A DNA stretch of 51,585 nt from Callorhinchus milii (GCF_018977255.1 NW_024704767.1:198416-250000); one strand, 5' to 3'; shown: positions 37,281 through 49,929, numbered from the stretch's first letter. Made by a program: numbers and translations. Notes: generated by a model from the sequence alone, not told the origin.

Positions 37281-37692
37281 CTAACAGGGGAAAAGAGAGA
37301 GAGAAAAATAACTAGTACATCCCCTAACACAAATACATTCTCTGCAAAATACATACAGGACTTCAGGGTGGGTTATTTGTTTGCGTGGCTGGTTGCTTCA
37401 GCATTTCACACTTGGCTCAGCAAACCGAGTGAACGCCTGCTTTGGCCAAAGCTCAGATTTTGGCTTCTCTCATCCCATCGTAGGGACGTTCTCCCGAAAC
37501 GAAAGGCGATACACAAATGTAATTTGTTGTTGTTATGCAAGTATAAGAGAAAACCCATTATATAATATACAAAGGGAGTTTGCAATAAGAGTGCCACAAT
37601 GTAAAAAAGACCCATCTATAACAGAAGATTAAAACAGAGTACCCATCCCTTTTCTTAGCTCAGTCTTATATGTCTCAGCCTTGACATATTAC

Positions 37693-38095
37693 CTGCGTTT
37701 GCGTCAATATCTCAAAGCAATGAGTCAAGCAGATATCTGGCAGAGGGGAAATTACCACACGTTCTTCTGCAGAGTTATTCTCCAGTGCTGCAGAAATTCT
37801 AAAGGATATTTCTTCCAAACAGCTCGACGATCCACCTAGATAGTTAAAATGATCAACAATGGATTAATTAATCGGGTCAGAGTTCCTCCCTCATATACAC
37901 GAACACAACACGTAACACAAATCTCCAGAATCCCATCGAACAAGATTTACCTCATGAAACATTACAGCATGAAACCATAACTGTGCAATCTGCTATTCAG
38001 TCATGTTTGCGTAATCCACTCATAATAAAATGACATTAATAATATCTGAATCACTTACCCACGCTACTGTACACCTCAGCTTCTGAGCTGCTCAT
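37693..38095 (-). CDS. UBAP1L: Duplicate copy of UBAP1L 5' coding exons (38059-38095, 37693-37835)
   Basis: Identical to 33682-33718 and 33316-33458, with intact splice sites. Confidence 0.75.
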
Positions 38096-41000
38096 TATTT
38101 CACCCCAAGTACAATCTGAAAGGAAGAAAAATAAACATCAACCACTGATCAATGAATGTTGCAAAGGGTAACAAACTCAATATTTGGTTGACTATCCCAC
38201 GGTTAGAGAAGGAAAAATCCCTTGAATAGAAACCAGAAACTAGTTTCTCCCAGTTTGTTGGCAACCAATTCTCCAGATCAAAATTGTTAATTCGCTGGAC
38301 ACTGCTGTGCACAAATTGGCAACCACATTTGCCTACAAATACACAGTCGCTATCTTTTACAGTGTAATACCTCTGAAGCGCTTTTTGAGACATTTTGGAT
38401 GATGGAATAGGATGCGTTATCAAGGGCAAGGATTATTATTGTATCAAATCAAGCTGTTGCCATTCTGCCTTGGTGCATGCTACAGAAGATTGTGAACATT
38501 ATTGCTAATGATCTATTCATTCTTGGGTTGTATTTAATCACATCAATTAACTACTTGGACCTGCGCACGTAGTCAGACGGGGTTGTGCCGATCGCTTGTG
38601 TTGTTCACTGGATGGGGTTTATAATTAAACTCATCCTCTGATAATGGCGTGAGTCAGACTGACTGGATTAGCAATGGAAAGATTATTCCTCTTGGGCACG
38701 TCACCAGACTAGATGGGACAGCTTTGTCTGATGTGGTCAAATGTCACCAGTAAGCAGATCAGGGGGGAGGGGGTGGGTAGAGGGATGTAAACAAATAAGC
38801 TTCACTGTGCAATGATCAGTGATCACAAACATGCCCCGAATCCAAAGCATCCACGTTAAACACAATGGGTCATTTTTCTGCATTTCTAGACATGTTTCGC
38901 CCACAACATACACAGTGAATCCACTTTACAACATATTCTGTGAAGGCAGTAAGGTGCTGTATCAAATGCAAGGATTATTATTATAATAGTAATAATTTAA
39001 CAGCCTTTTCAGTCAGGTAGATTTCTGAAAGGGAGGTTACGATTTTATCTAAAACCAAGCTTTGTTTTCCTGCATTGTCCAATACAGAGTGCAGCTCTCA
39101 TACCCAAAAGATGCATCTTTTTTAACACTAAGTTGGGTTACTGCTCCAACTTGCTAGATTCCAGTACTTTTAAAAATTCACAGCAGCTTTTTTTGATACT
39201 GTATATAAAAAGGAATTGACAAACTGACTGCACGTAGGTTAAAAGGGAGTAACTTTTGAGCCGTTAAAAGTGGGTGGGAGGTGGTGGGTATCAATACGTG
39301 CCAGTCCACTTATACACTGAGTCACAGACTGAGTGTTGTGGAAAACATGAAATCACTTAAGAAACTCTCTCTCTCTCTCATTAAATCTGCTGTTATTACC
39401 AGTTGCACTGATAATTGTTTTGCAAAGCACATTCCATTCCTTCCCCATTATTGCAGCCCGTTTCCTCACATTACAAAATTGGAAGAGAAACAAATCCTTC
39501 TAAAAATCTCTCCTTTTAAGGCAGGCAGCTTGATATTTTCTCAGGTGGCTTTGACAAGAGTTGAGCATCGTAATGACTCCCCACCAGTTGATTTTAAGCT
39601 GCGAAAGGAGAGGAGACGTAACATGCACCAGTGGCTAGACATTGGAAACAGGCAGTAAACAGGGCAGAAATGATTTCACTTCAGTATTTTGACGCTGAAA
39701 ATTGCTATTTATATATCCAATGAACAAAAACTAAAATTAAAGGAATACAAATAGTAATTGAAACGTGAGCAGTTAATTCATCTGAAATTTCTTCATCTGA
39801 AATCCACTGCAGCCTGTTGGCCTTCAGGTGCCTTATCATGTCTGCATCATAACAACAGCTGAGCACAAGTCTTATTAAAGTCCATTAAAATAAAGGGAAC
39901 ATCTTAAACATCAAAGAAAAAATGAAATATATAAGCCTTTTTAAAAAGCCTCTTATAACTATAATGTGTCTATAGATGTGTCGGCTAGCATTTAAAAAAA
40001 TGTAGCATGGCTTACGGTGACAGATCCAACTCTGGAAGCGAGTTGTTGATATGACGAGGTCTTTCTTGTTCAGTAGCTGCTCACTGAAACCACCGCTGTG
40101 TGTTATTCTGAAGCTGTCCAGAGGAAGACTGATTGCGGATTAGTACTGCTTGCTATGATGGACAGGAGAGTCTTAAAGTATCCCTGCATTAACGTAACTA
40201 ATACACTGCATTTGAACACATTCCTCCTTTTTCTTCATTTAAAATCCATTAGATAGAAAGGACTCCAGTTGCATCGATAGCCCTATTGACTTTACTTATC
40301 CAGTTTACATTTAATCCAGATATTTAATCCCAGACCCAATGAAATTCTAAACAAACAAAAGCCCGAACCAGTGTCAGCACTGGGACCAAGAGACCCAACT
40401 CCTCCAGGAAATCGTCTTGTTTGCCCAACATTAGGCGGGCAACAAACCGAACTGAACCCGTTGGGCTGTTAGATAATTACTCACTCGCCCATTAACTGAA
40501 TCTCCCTCATACTCAACTGTTTCCCCACAGAAAATGAATCCAGATATTGAGTACTGATTTGTAAACGTTGAGGTCTATCAGCATTTGAACATTCTAAATT
40601 AGTGCAAAATTTTGATTATTCCCCCAAAAAAGCAAACAGTGGCTCTTCATTTTTAATCAGCATCTTAATATTTTTTTTAAGCCTAAAATACTCCTCAACA
40701 ACAACAAGAAGATTTAATTTATAGAGCGCCTTTCACGTCGGGAGGACGTCCCAAGGCGCTGGACAGTTGGGTCGGGACCCGAGCAGTGGGGGGAAATGGT
40801 CAGGGTGAGGGGAGGGAAGGGAGGGAGCGAGTAGAGAGTCGAGAGGGGAGCTGAAGGCACGGTCAAAGAGAAGTCCTCACTAATCTAACTGATCTGCCAG
40901 TCAAGGAACATCATAACCTAACTGCCCAAACACACCTCCCTGACCGCAGCTGCCAACAGTGAAACATGTCCCACTTTGATCACTCAGCTACTGCCGCCTG

Positions 41001-41514
41001 CTGGATGCAGCAGCGATCGACACATCTTACAGAAAGCGAGCACACAACCAGCACAAGGGCTTCACTCTGCACGTTTTTAAACGAAAAAATACACATCTTT
41101 GAAATACCAGTGTCTTCTCTGTAACAAATCAGAAATGCACTGTGAACTAAATTAGAGAATCATCATTCAATACATCTGTTTAAATAAGATACCCCCTGAG
41201 TACAATATTCAGTGCAAATTGTGGTTGATGCTTGCTTGCTGCTCACTTGCATGTAAAGGGCAATGAAGACTGGATTTGAAATAGATTTATTTTAAAAAAA
41301 ATATTTCTCGTTGGGACGTCGCACAATGCTCTTATACATCGCCCATCGCCCATTTTCTCAGTTTGAATCCTTCAGTTTTCTGCATTCAGATAGACCATCA
41401 TCGAAATATTTACAAAGCTCTAAATTCAGAATGCGAGTTCCATCTTTATTTGTAGTGAAAGAGTCTTTGCAGGATACAAAATATTTCCAGTCACAGAGAA
41501 CGGAGGTGAACAAG

Positions 41515-41647
41515 TCACCAGCTCTCACTCTGTCCCAATGCTGTTGCCCACGTGTCGTGAGAAGGTGGGACTGGAAAGACCCAGCCATGTGGTACAAAAC
41601 TGCCATCGGGGTGATCTTCAGGGACGAGATATCGATCCCATTCTTGC
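41515..41647 (-). CDS. PDCD7: PDCD7 exon 5 (terminal)
   Basis: QEWDRYLVPEDHPDGSFVPHGWVFPVPPSHDTWATAL, matches the PDCD7 C-terminus; phase 2 acceptor. Confidence 0.95.
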
Positions 41648-42095
41648 CTAACAGGGGAAAAGAGAGAGAGAAAAATAACTAGTACATCCCCTAACACAAA
41701 TACATTCTCTGCAAAATACATACAGGACTTCAGGGTGGGTTATTTGTTTGCGTGGCTGGTTGCTTCAGCATTTCACACTTGGCTCAGCAAACCGAGTGAA
41801 CGCCTGCTTTGGCCAAAGCTCAGATTTTGGCTTCTCTCATCCCATCGTAGGGACGTTCTCCCGAAACGAAAGGCGATACACAAATGTAATTTGTTGTTGT
41901 TATGCAAGTATAAGAGAAAACCCATTATATAATATACAAAGGGAGTTTGCAATAAGAGTGCCACAATGTAAAAAAGACCCATCTATAACAGAAGATTAAA
42001 ACAGAGTACCCATCCCTTTTCTTAGCTCAGTCTTATATTTTAGTGATTATATTTTAATATAGGGTCATCGCATCCTTGCTCCTCAGAACTCTTAC

Positions 42096-42180
42096 CTTAT
42101 TTGCACAAGTACATGAGGAGAGTGCTCGGCTTGCAGATAATATTGACGAAATGGCCTCAGTGGATGGTTTGAAGGCAATT
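42096..42180 (-). CDS. PDCD7: PDCD7 exon 4
   Basis: ELPSNHPLRPFRQYYLQAEHSPHVLVQIR; 85 nt, phase 1-2. Confidence 0.95.
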
Positions 42181-42674
42181 CTGTAATGAAGTAAAGTGAA
42201 TAGATGAGGCATTTGGTACTCCTTTATAGTTTGCCTAAATGACAATATTATCAAAAAAACATGTGGCGACTCAATCCCGGATTGTTTGTGGGACACTTGT
42301 ATTTTGTGGGCAGAACACGACAGCCACAAAACACACAACAACAACAAAATTACATGGGGGTCGGGATCGGGGAGGGTCAATTCACTTTACAATATAGCCT
42401 GTGAAGCACTTTGAGACGTTTCACTAACGTGATAAGATACTATATCAAATGCAAGGATTATTATCATCATTACACAGGCAATGAGGCATATGAATCACTA
42501 TCTTTAACCTCCGTCTCAATCACTAATAGTGAAGCCCTCATCACTGTACTAATGTACTGGGTCACACAGGAGCACTTATTTATCTGTAGAACAACCCAAA
42601 ATATCTGTACTACATTCCACTCTTAATCTCTTTATTTATAAAACACTTAAAACAGGATCTACAATGAATGTTAC

Positions 42675-42911
42675 CTGGATCCCCAAACATTATGAATTCC
42701 ACTTCTCTCTGTTGTTCCTCCAGCTTTTCCCTCTGTTTTTTCAATTTATTCTCCCTCTCTCTTTTCCTTTCTTCCTCTTGCTCCCCTTCCAGCATGACTC
42801 TCAGGGCTCTTTCTTCTGCGTCGTACAGTTCACTCCGCTTTTTAATCATTTTTCGCAGTCCCTCAACGTGAAGCTGAAATATTTCATCGGATGAAGGAGG
42901 GGGATGGACGG
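42675..42911 (-). CDS. PDCD7: PDCD7 exon 3
   Basis: VHPPPSSDEIF...IKKRSELYDAEERALRVMLEGEQEEERKRE...FGDP; 237 nt. Confidence 0.95.
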
Positions 42912-43042
42912 CTGCGGAAAACGGGTCAGATGCATTTCGGATTTAACTTTGCCCGAAATTAAGAGTTGAACTCGTTTGCAAATATAATCAACGGGCACAA
43001 AAAAATGACTCTGCCGTGAATACGGGCTCAGCCGCCTCTCAC

Positions 43043-43181
43043 CTTTCCTGGCTGCAGCTTCTTTCCTGAGTTTCCTCAGCTTCTCCAGCGCACACAGGAT
43101 ATCCAGAATCCTTTTCGCGTCTGCCTGTTTCTTTCGCACTTCAGCCAAGACGCTGTCTGCTGCAGCTTTCAGCTCACGTTC
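43043..43181 (-). CDS. PDCD7: PDCD7 exon 2
   Basis: ERELKAAADSVLAEVRKKQADAKR...LRKLRKEAAARK; 139 nt. Confidence 0.95.
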
Positions 43182-43476
43182 CTGCAAAACAACAACAACA
43201 ACAACAAGATTCCATTTATTGAGCGTCCATTTCACGTCGGGAGGACGTCCCAAGGCGCTGTACAGTTGGGTCGGGACCTAACAGAAGGATAGCCATTGCA
43301 ATCCACGCCCCAGATAATAATACTCGCGCTTCGATAAAGCGCTTTATCGCGTGGTTGAGAGGCGTCTCGGAGCGCTCCGTGGGAGATACCGCAAGGCGGT
43401 TCGCCTGCGTATGACGGCCGCTCCCCCCCAGCACTGGGGTTGGGAGTGTCACCTCAGACGATTGATTGATTGATAG

Positions 43477-43815
43477 TGGAGTCCTGTGGCTCAGTGGTTA
43501 GAGCACTCGCTTTGCAAGTGAGAGACCTGAGTTCAATTCCAGGCAGAGGGCCAAACCTTGGGCAAGTTTCCTTACTCCACACAGAGCCTAATAATAATCC
43601 CTCCAAAACAAAAAACAATAATAAATTGGTCATTTTCAATGTACGACTGTTTGTAGGACATTGCTGTGCGCAATTGGCCGCCGCGTTCGCCCACAAACAT
43701 ACAGTCAATTCACTTTACAGTGTGTTCTGTGAAGCGCTTTGGGACGTCCTCCCGACGTGAAAAGCGCTATATCAAATGCAAGGATTATTATGATTATTAT
43801 TATGATTATTATTAT
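43477..43815 (+). mobile_element. Full-length tRNA-derived SINE (young subfamily)
   Basis: Near-identical to 542-884 and 6291-6618. Confidence 0.93.
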
Positions 43816-44046
43816 CCCAAGCCTTGGACGCGGGGCTTGAACCCGCAACCCTCTGCGACTCAAAGAGTCCAAACAAAAAAAAGAAGACGACTCAAAGAGC
43901 GTGGCCACCGAGAGCCCGGCCGGCAACACCAAATGAGACGCAAGTCGTCCGGATGACAGCGCGGCACACGACGACGACGACGGCGGCGACAGAGAGAGGC
44001 GATACGTCCCCGGGGGGGTCGCGGCGGCGGCGGCCGCGCTGCGCAC

Positions 44047-45198
44047 CTTCTTCTTCTCCTCCACTTGGCGGACCCGCTTCGCCCTCCACTCGTCGATCCC
44101 CGCTTCCCGCTCCGCCGCCCTCTCCCCTCGCTCCCGGCCCTCCAGGCCCAGCTCTTCCTTCTTCCTTCGGGCCCGGCTCCTCCTGGTCTCGATCCTCCCG
44201 AGTCTCCTTCGCACGGCCGCCACGTAGCCGGCGTCGGTCAGCGGCCTCAGCTCGGCCTCCAGGGCCTCCTTCAGCTCGAGCGCCTCCCGGTGGGTCTCGG
44301 CCCAGGCCGCGTCGTCCTCCACGCTCTGCCTCAGCCGCCGGCACAGGGCCGTGAGCTCGGCCGTGAGGCGGCACACGCCGAGGATGGACTCCCGCGCCTC
44401 GGCCACCGAGGGCCCGGGCTCGGGGGGCCCGCGCGGCTCGGGCGGCCGCAGCCTTCGGCGGGACAGGACCCTCGACAGCCAAAGGCGCGCTCGTTCGGAC
44501 GGATCCTCGGGGCCTTCCGGGCTCCCGGCGGGCGGCGGCCGCCCGCTGAGGGTCCCGGCTGCCGGCCACCAGGCGGGCGGCGCCTCGCAGCTGCTGCTGC
44601 CGCCGCCGCCGCCGGCGCCGGCGCGGCGGGGCCCGGGCTCGTCGCTCCAAGGCGGCAGCTCCCCGTAGGCGTGCGGGAAGGCGCCGCCCGGGTCGCCGCG
44701 GCCGTGGTCCGCCGGGTGGAGCTGCCGAGGCCCGGGCCCGTCCACCCGGTGAGGGCCGCCGTTCTCCGCTGCTCTGCCCGGGAAGGGCTGGTGCTGAGGC
44801 GGCGGGTGATCCCGAAACGGGCGCTGCTGCTGCTGCTGCTGCTCCTGAGGCCCGGCCTCCAGCGGCTGGAGGCCGAGGTGATGAGGAGGGAGCGGCGGCG
44901 GCTGCTCCTGACACGGATGGTACCGACCTGCCTCCTGTCCCTGAGGAGGAGGAGGAGGAGGTGGAGGGTATCGCTCGGCTCCCGCCGACAGAGGCGGCCG
45001 CTCCCACAGGGGCCGAGGAAAGTCCCGCTGCTCGAGGCCCCACGGCCCGAATGGCGGCGGCGGGGTCCTGGCCTCCTCTGCCCTGTCCCTCCCCGGCCTC
45101 AAGTGAGGGTACGCCGGCCCCGGGCTCTCCACTCCTCCTCGGCCGAAGTAGCCGCGGCCCGGGCCGGGCGGGGGAGGCCGGTAACCGCCACGATCCAT
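44047..45198 (-). CDS. PDCD7: PDCD7 (U11/U12 snRNP 59K) exon 1; whole protein ~581 aa
   Basis: Strong Kozak gcggccATGG at 45198, Pro-rich N-terminus, then coiled region ending IDEWRAKRVRQVEEKKK|GTGCG. Confidence 0.92.
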
Positions 45199-45410
45199 GG
45201 CCGCCGCCGCCGGCGTCGTCGTCGACGTGCCGGACGTCAGCTCCGCTCGATTGACAGCTGCTTCCACCCAATCAGCTGCCGATCCGCCTCCCCTGCCAGC
45301 CAATCAGCGGCGAGGTGAGGTGGGCGGGCCGGACTGCTCCAGCAGCAATAGGTTACTGCCCTGGAGAGCGCCCCCTGGAGGACGGCGGACTGACTGCGGT
45401 ACTGCAGCCA
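45199..45410 (-). promoter_or_regulatory. PDCD7 CpG-island promoter / 5' UTR
   Basis: CpG-dense; CCAATCAG twice (45268, 45300), GACGTCA, GGGCGGG, CTCF-like GCGCCCCCTGGAGG (45368-45381). Confidence 0.7.
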
Positions 45411-46928
45411 ACGCTGCCTCCCCCCTCCATCACTGCCACAAGGTAACCTCTCACAGCCTGAATGTGGTCAAAGTTAACTCCAGTCTCCACTGCAGTAAAT
45501 ATCACCCCAGCCTGAACTTTTTTAAAAATATATATTATATAAAAAAACTTTAAGAAAGGCACAATACAAGAAAGACACCGTCAATGTTACTGTGTTGCGC
45601 AGTGACTTCTGTTTGAGTGAGTAATGCTGCAATTAAAATGAAATGCTGAAATCAGAATAATGCAGGCTGCGGGGTCTCTCTCTTCTTCTCTCCCCCCCAC
45701 CCCCGGCCACCCGCCACCACCATCCCGGTCAACTGTTTATTCACCCACAAAATACACAGTCAATCCACTTTGCGATACGTTCATTGGGACGTCTCAATGA
45801 CGTGATAAGTCGTAATATCAAATGCAAGTATTATTATTGTTATTTGACTGTGGAAAGCACTTTGAGAAGTCCTCCTGCTGGGAGAGGTGCTGTGAAAATA
45901 TATACAGAACTGTATGATCTTGCCCAAATACGACTTTTCCTTTTGGTTTCACGTTTATCACAAGTGCCAAAATTACCGAACCGCCACAGTTTAGATGTTT
46001 TTTTTATTTGTACATTTTATTTATACAACCAGAGATTTACAATAATTCTTCTTCAAATCCTTTAGTGTTCCAATAAAGTCTGTTTCTAAAGGATTGGTCA
46101 ATCCCATTACTGGTCGGCAAGACATAAAATGACTTTCGCTTTTAGACCTTTCAAAGAAGCGTAAAAGAAAAAAAAATACAAAATATATGGTGCAGATCTA
46201 CTTGTGCTTAATATTAAGTAGTATCTAAACAAATGTTACAAAACAGCTTAGTGCAAGCAGAATGAAGCCAAATCATGTCCAAGTATTGTGGTAAAGAGCT
46301 GAAGCCGAAATCCCCTCAATTCCTCCTTCTGCAGTTAGTAAAATTGTTTATATTTCCTTAATTACAAGCACTGTGATCCTTTTCTCTCAAATTGGTTCCT
46401 AAATCATGAACGCAAATATGTTAAATGAAACTAAAGCTTTGTAATATTACCACTGCACATCTAGCTCAAAGAAGAGTACACAGATGTAGCCGAGAAATCT
46501 AAAGGAGATATTCAGAAAATCCTTAAGATCCTTCCTTCTGCACTAGTTGCTGCGATTGTTCCTGAATAGTCACGATAGGAAGTAGCTATTAAAAATGGTA
46601 ACATGCGATAAACACATTTGTGAATGTTTACCAGTAAAATTTTAAGACAGCATAATGACCACTGTACAAAAATTTACTATTTTACAAAGAAATACATGAT
46701 CAGATTGATTAGACTGGTGACCATGTTGGAAGGTGTAGGGCGGAAGGGAGGGGTGAGAAAGTGCTTTCGAACTCTTTCCTCTTACCAAAAAAAGCCTCTC
46801 CCTTCGAACAGGAACTCTCTGGTGAGAACAAAGGGTGATTCGCACTTTAAAATTAAATAGAATAAAAAAAAAGTTGCAAAGTTGTAGGAGATCCATTATT
46901 GTACAAGCTTTTCCATATTTGCTGTCGT

Positions 46929-47019
46929 TTAATTGTTGGCTGCGTCAGCTTGGCGATGCCATCTATCGTCTTCCACTCCTGAATCATACTCTTCCTCAGC
47001 AGCTTCCTTAGGGGGTGTC
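46929..47019 (-). CDS. CLPX: CLPX terminal exon
   Basis: [29 protein letters not shown]; poly(A) signals near 46003-46021. Confidence 0.93.
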
Positions 47020-47404
47020 CTAAACATGAGAAAATAATTGTCAAAGTTTTTTTTTAAAAAAATATTTTAAATGGAGCATAAGAATCCCTTGTGTATCAAG
47101 CTTCAAACCAAGCAGTTAGTTGGAGGCCGTATGGGTGGTATTGTGCTGGATATTGTGCTGGACGTGTTTATCCAAGACTGAGAGATTAACCCGATGCTCA
47201 GCTCCCGCACCCCCCTCTAGCACCGAGCTTCCCTGGCCAGGTTGAACCACCAGAGTGAATGTTCTCTCTAACCAAATTCTCCAGGAAACACTGTACAAGC
47301 GGCAACTCTGTGAGCACAGTTGTACAGAACAAAAGTGACATTGGGAAGTGGATTTAATTTGTAGACATTGACCTTTAATTTGCGACAGAGCCTTGGACAC
47401 TCAC

Positions 47405-47511
47405 CTTATGTACGCTGGAGGTTTCTTCCCTTCCACCACATCTTTCTCAACTTCCACAGCTACAATGTCGGAATTTGGCACTTCAAACATTGGCTCCAGC
47501 AGCAATTGTTC
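47405..47511 (-). CDS. CLPX: CLPX exon
   Basis: [36 protein letters not shown]. Confidence 0.95.
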
Positions 47512-47927
47512 CTGAAAAGACAGCAGTTGAAATTGGACTTTTAGGAGCTGTATAACAAGTGTGTTCTTAAGTGTCCTACTTAGGTCACCCAGAACTTCCT
47601 GTTGCTCTTCTTAGAGGCAATAATGCTCTGAATAAAGTAGCAGGGAGTCCTTGCTAATCAAATGCCATTCCCCAATCATCAACCAGGAGGCCCCTCATTA
47701 TCAGATGAAACTATTTAAATATTTCCAAATCAAGTCATTAAATGTAGACAGTGGGAGCGGAATCCCTTTAAAAGTTTGTTCTGTGGTGAGTCAGAGTCTT
47801 TAGGAACAGGCTAATCAGTAAAGACTAAGACCATTGTTTTCCTGCTGCCAGGATATCTCCTTGAAGACAAAAGTTAGCCACCGTGAACAAGTGCCAAAAA
47901 CCTCCCCAAATTCTTCAGATAACTCAC

Positions 47928-48020
47928 CATAATCGATCTAAGGCCTCGGGCGCCAGTCTTTCTCTCCAGAGCCAGTCGAGCTATAGCTCTCAAAGCACCC
48001 TCACTTACGATCAGGTCACA
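47928..48020 (-). CDS. CLPX: CLPX exon (sensor II)
   Basis: [31 protein letters not shown]. Confidence 0.96.
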
Positions 48021-48261
48021 CTAAATAGATCATTAAAAAGGTTAGGTAGGTCAGTAACACCAGAGATAAATAAATTCACATTAATCTTTATGAAAATTAT
48101 ATTTGCTTAGCGCCTTTAACGTCAGGACATCCCAAGGCGTTAGCACCCGAGCTGATGGTTGGGATCAGGAGGGGTGGAGGGTAGGGGTAGGAGGGTGACC
48201 GGAGCCACGGTCGAAGACAAATCTGTTAGGAGAGAAAAAAATACATCACACTTGTTCGCAC

Positions 48262-48561
48262 CTTGTCCATACTAAATAAAGCCTGGTATTGGGGGACAAC
48301 AGCATTGCGAGGTTCTGTTAGAATCCGCACCAGGGTCTCCTCGTCTAGACTGTGCAGTGGGACCACCACAGGCAGACGACCGACAAATTCTGGGATCATT
48401 CCAAACTCAATCAGGTCCCGGGCTTCTACATGGCGAAGCAATCGGTCCTTTTCCTCCAACTCCTGTACAGTGTTGTTGTCGCCACTCGTGTTGGCTAAAT
48501 CTGCTGCTGCCGCTGCCCTCCTCCCTTTGCCAAGGTTTGAGGGTGTTCCAAACCCAAGGTA
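48262..48561 (-). CDS. CLPX: CLPX exon (LGF loop, Arg finger)
   Basis: YLGFG...[21 protein letters not shown]...LFSMDK; 300 nt. Confidence 0.97.
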
Positions 48562-48921
48562 CTGCAGGGAGAGCGAGAAAGGAAGGGAGAGAAAAGGGGC
48601 GAGGGAGGGGGGGGAGAGAGTATTCAATAACAGTGCAATTAAAAAGCACCTTTGTTGTGTAATGTGCTCCAAAATAAATCACTTAAGCAAACAAATTAAT
48701 AATTTGTCTTAAACCTGGAATTCTCCTCAAACAAGATTCTGGCGATAACTAGGAAATCTCAGTAGCATTTAAAAAATTTAAAAAGAGATCAATTTCCAGA
48801 CATCGATCATTTATATAAAGAAGTTCACTATTTTCTATGGCATTGGTATCCCAATTTTTAAAAAAAATTTTATAAGTCAGCTGGTTGAATGACGCATGCG
48901 GAAACCATATCCTGAAAGTCA

Positions 48922-49098
<177 letters not shown>

Positions 49099-49385
49099 CT
49101 AAGAGAGGGCAGGAGAACAGAAACCATTTAAAAAAAATACACCTAGCTCAACCAATTCAGCCAGGAGCTTGAAAAACAAAGTTGCAGATGTTTATTAAGG
49201 TTGTGTCACCCAGAAAAATAAATCAGGAGTTTAGTTACAACTAGTAATGGAACACGAGCTTTCTTGGCTATGATAGTTAAGACTGCCTATAATGCTGGTA
49301 ATGAAATCTACACAGTAGATATGTATCCAAAGGCAGTAACTAAAAGCAGTAAACATTTTGTTCTAACAAATACTTCCAGCACTTA

Positions 49386-49532
<147 letters not shown>

Positions 49533-49929
49533 TTAAAACAAAATAAGAACTTTTTGCACAGATGGTCTGATACAGTCTAATCTGTACACAGATCATGGAC
49601 TCGGTCATTTTTTTCCCTCAAGTCTGAGACCTCAATTAAGCAAAAACTCAAAATCGACACAATATATTCACAATCTCTACTGGTTGCACATCATAACAAC
49701 AATTCCCCATTTTCCCCAACAGATAAAATACTGTGTGGAACACTATGGACCCATATCCAAATGTCATTTCTTTTCATATCCAGTTCCATAAATGCACTGT
49801 CTACTCATGGACTAAAGGCAGTGAGATCCATTTTACTGACAGAAACTAACTTTTATGTTTAGTATGACAGCAATACTGCAGTGTTTACTACAGGGAGTTA
49901 TTTGCTGGCATAGCAATTTGCTGGCCTAC

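Larger units (their letters stand above)
33301..37671. repeat. Tandem segmental duplication, copy A (4371 bp)
   Basis: Colinear with 37678-42038; about two dozen differences counted by eye; duplicated ORFs in the track. Confidence 0.98.
37678..42038. repeat. Tandem segmental duplication, copy B (4361 bp)
   Basis: Starts GCCTTGACATATTACC as at 33301 and ends CAGTCTTATAT as at 37671; 6-nt spacer GTCTCA between the copies. Confidence 0.98.

Noticed and set aside
43332-43349. Perfect 18-bp palindrome CGATAAAGCGCTTTATCG
   Set aside because: Lies in a diverged SINE 3' end; no evidence of function
45199-45303. PDCD7 N-terminal extension from a TTG start
   Set aside because: Non-ATG start from the ORF caller; the ATG at 45198 has an ideal Kozak context
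43824-45318. Long overlapping ORFs (417 aa +, 459 aa -, 176 aa +)
   Set aside because: Stop-poor shadow frames of the GC-rich PDCD7 exon 1; low-complexity translations
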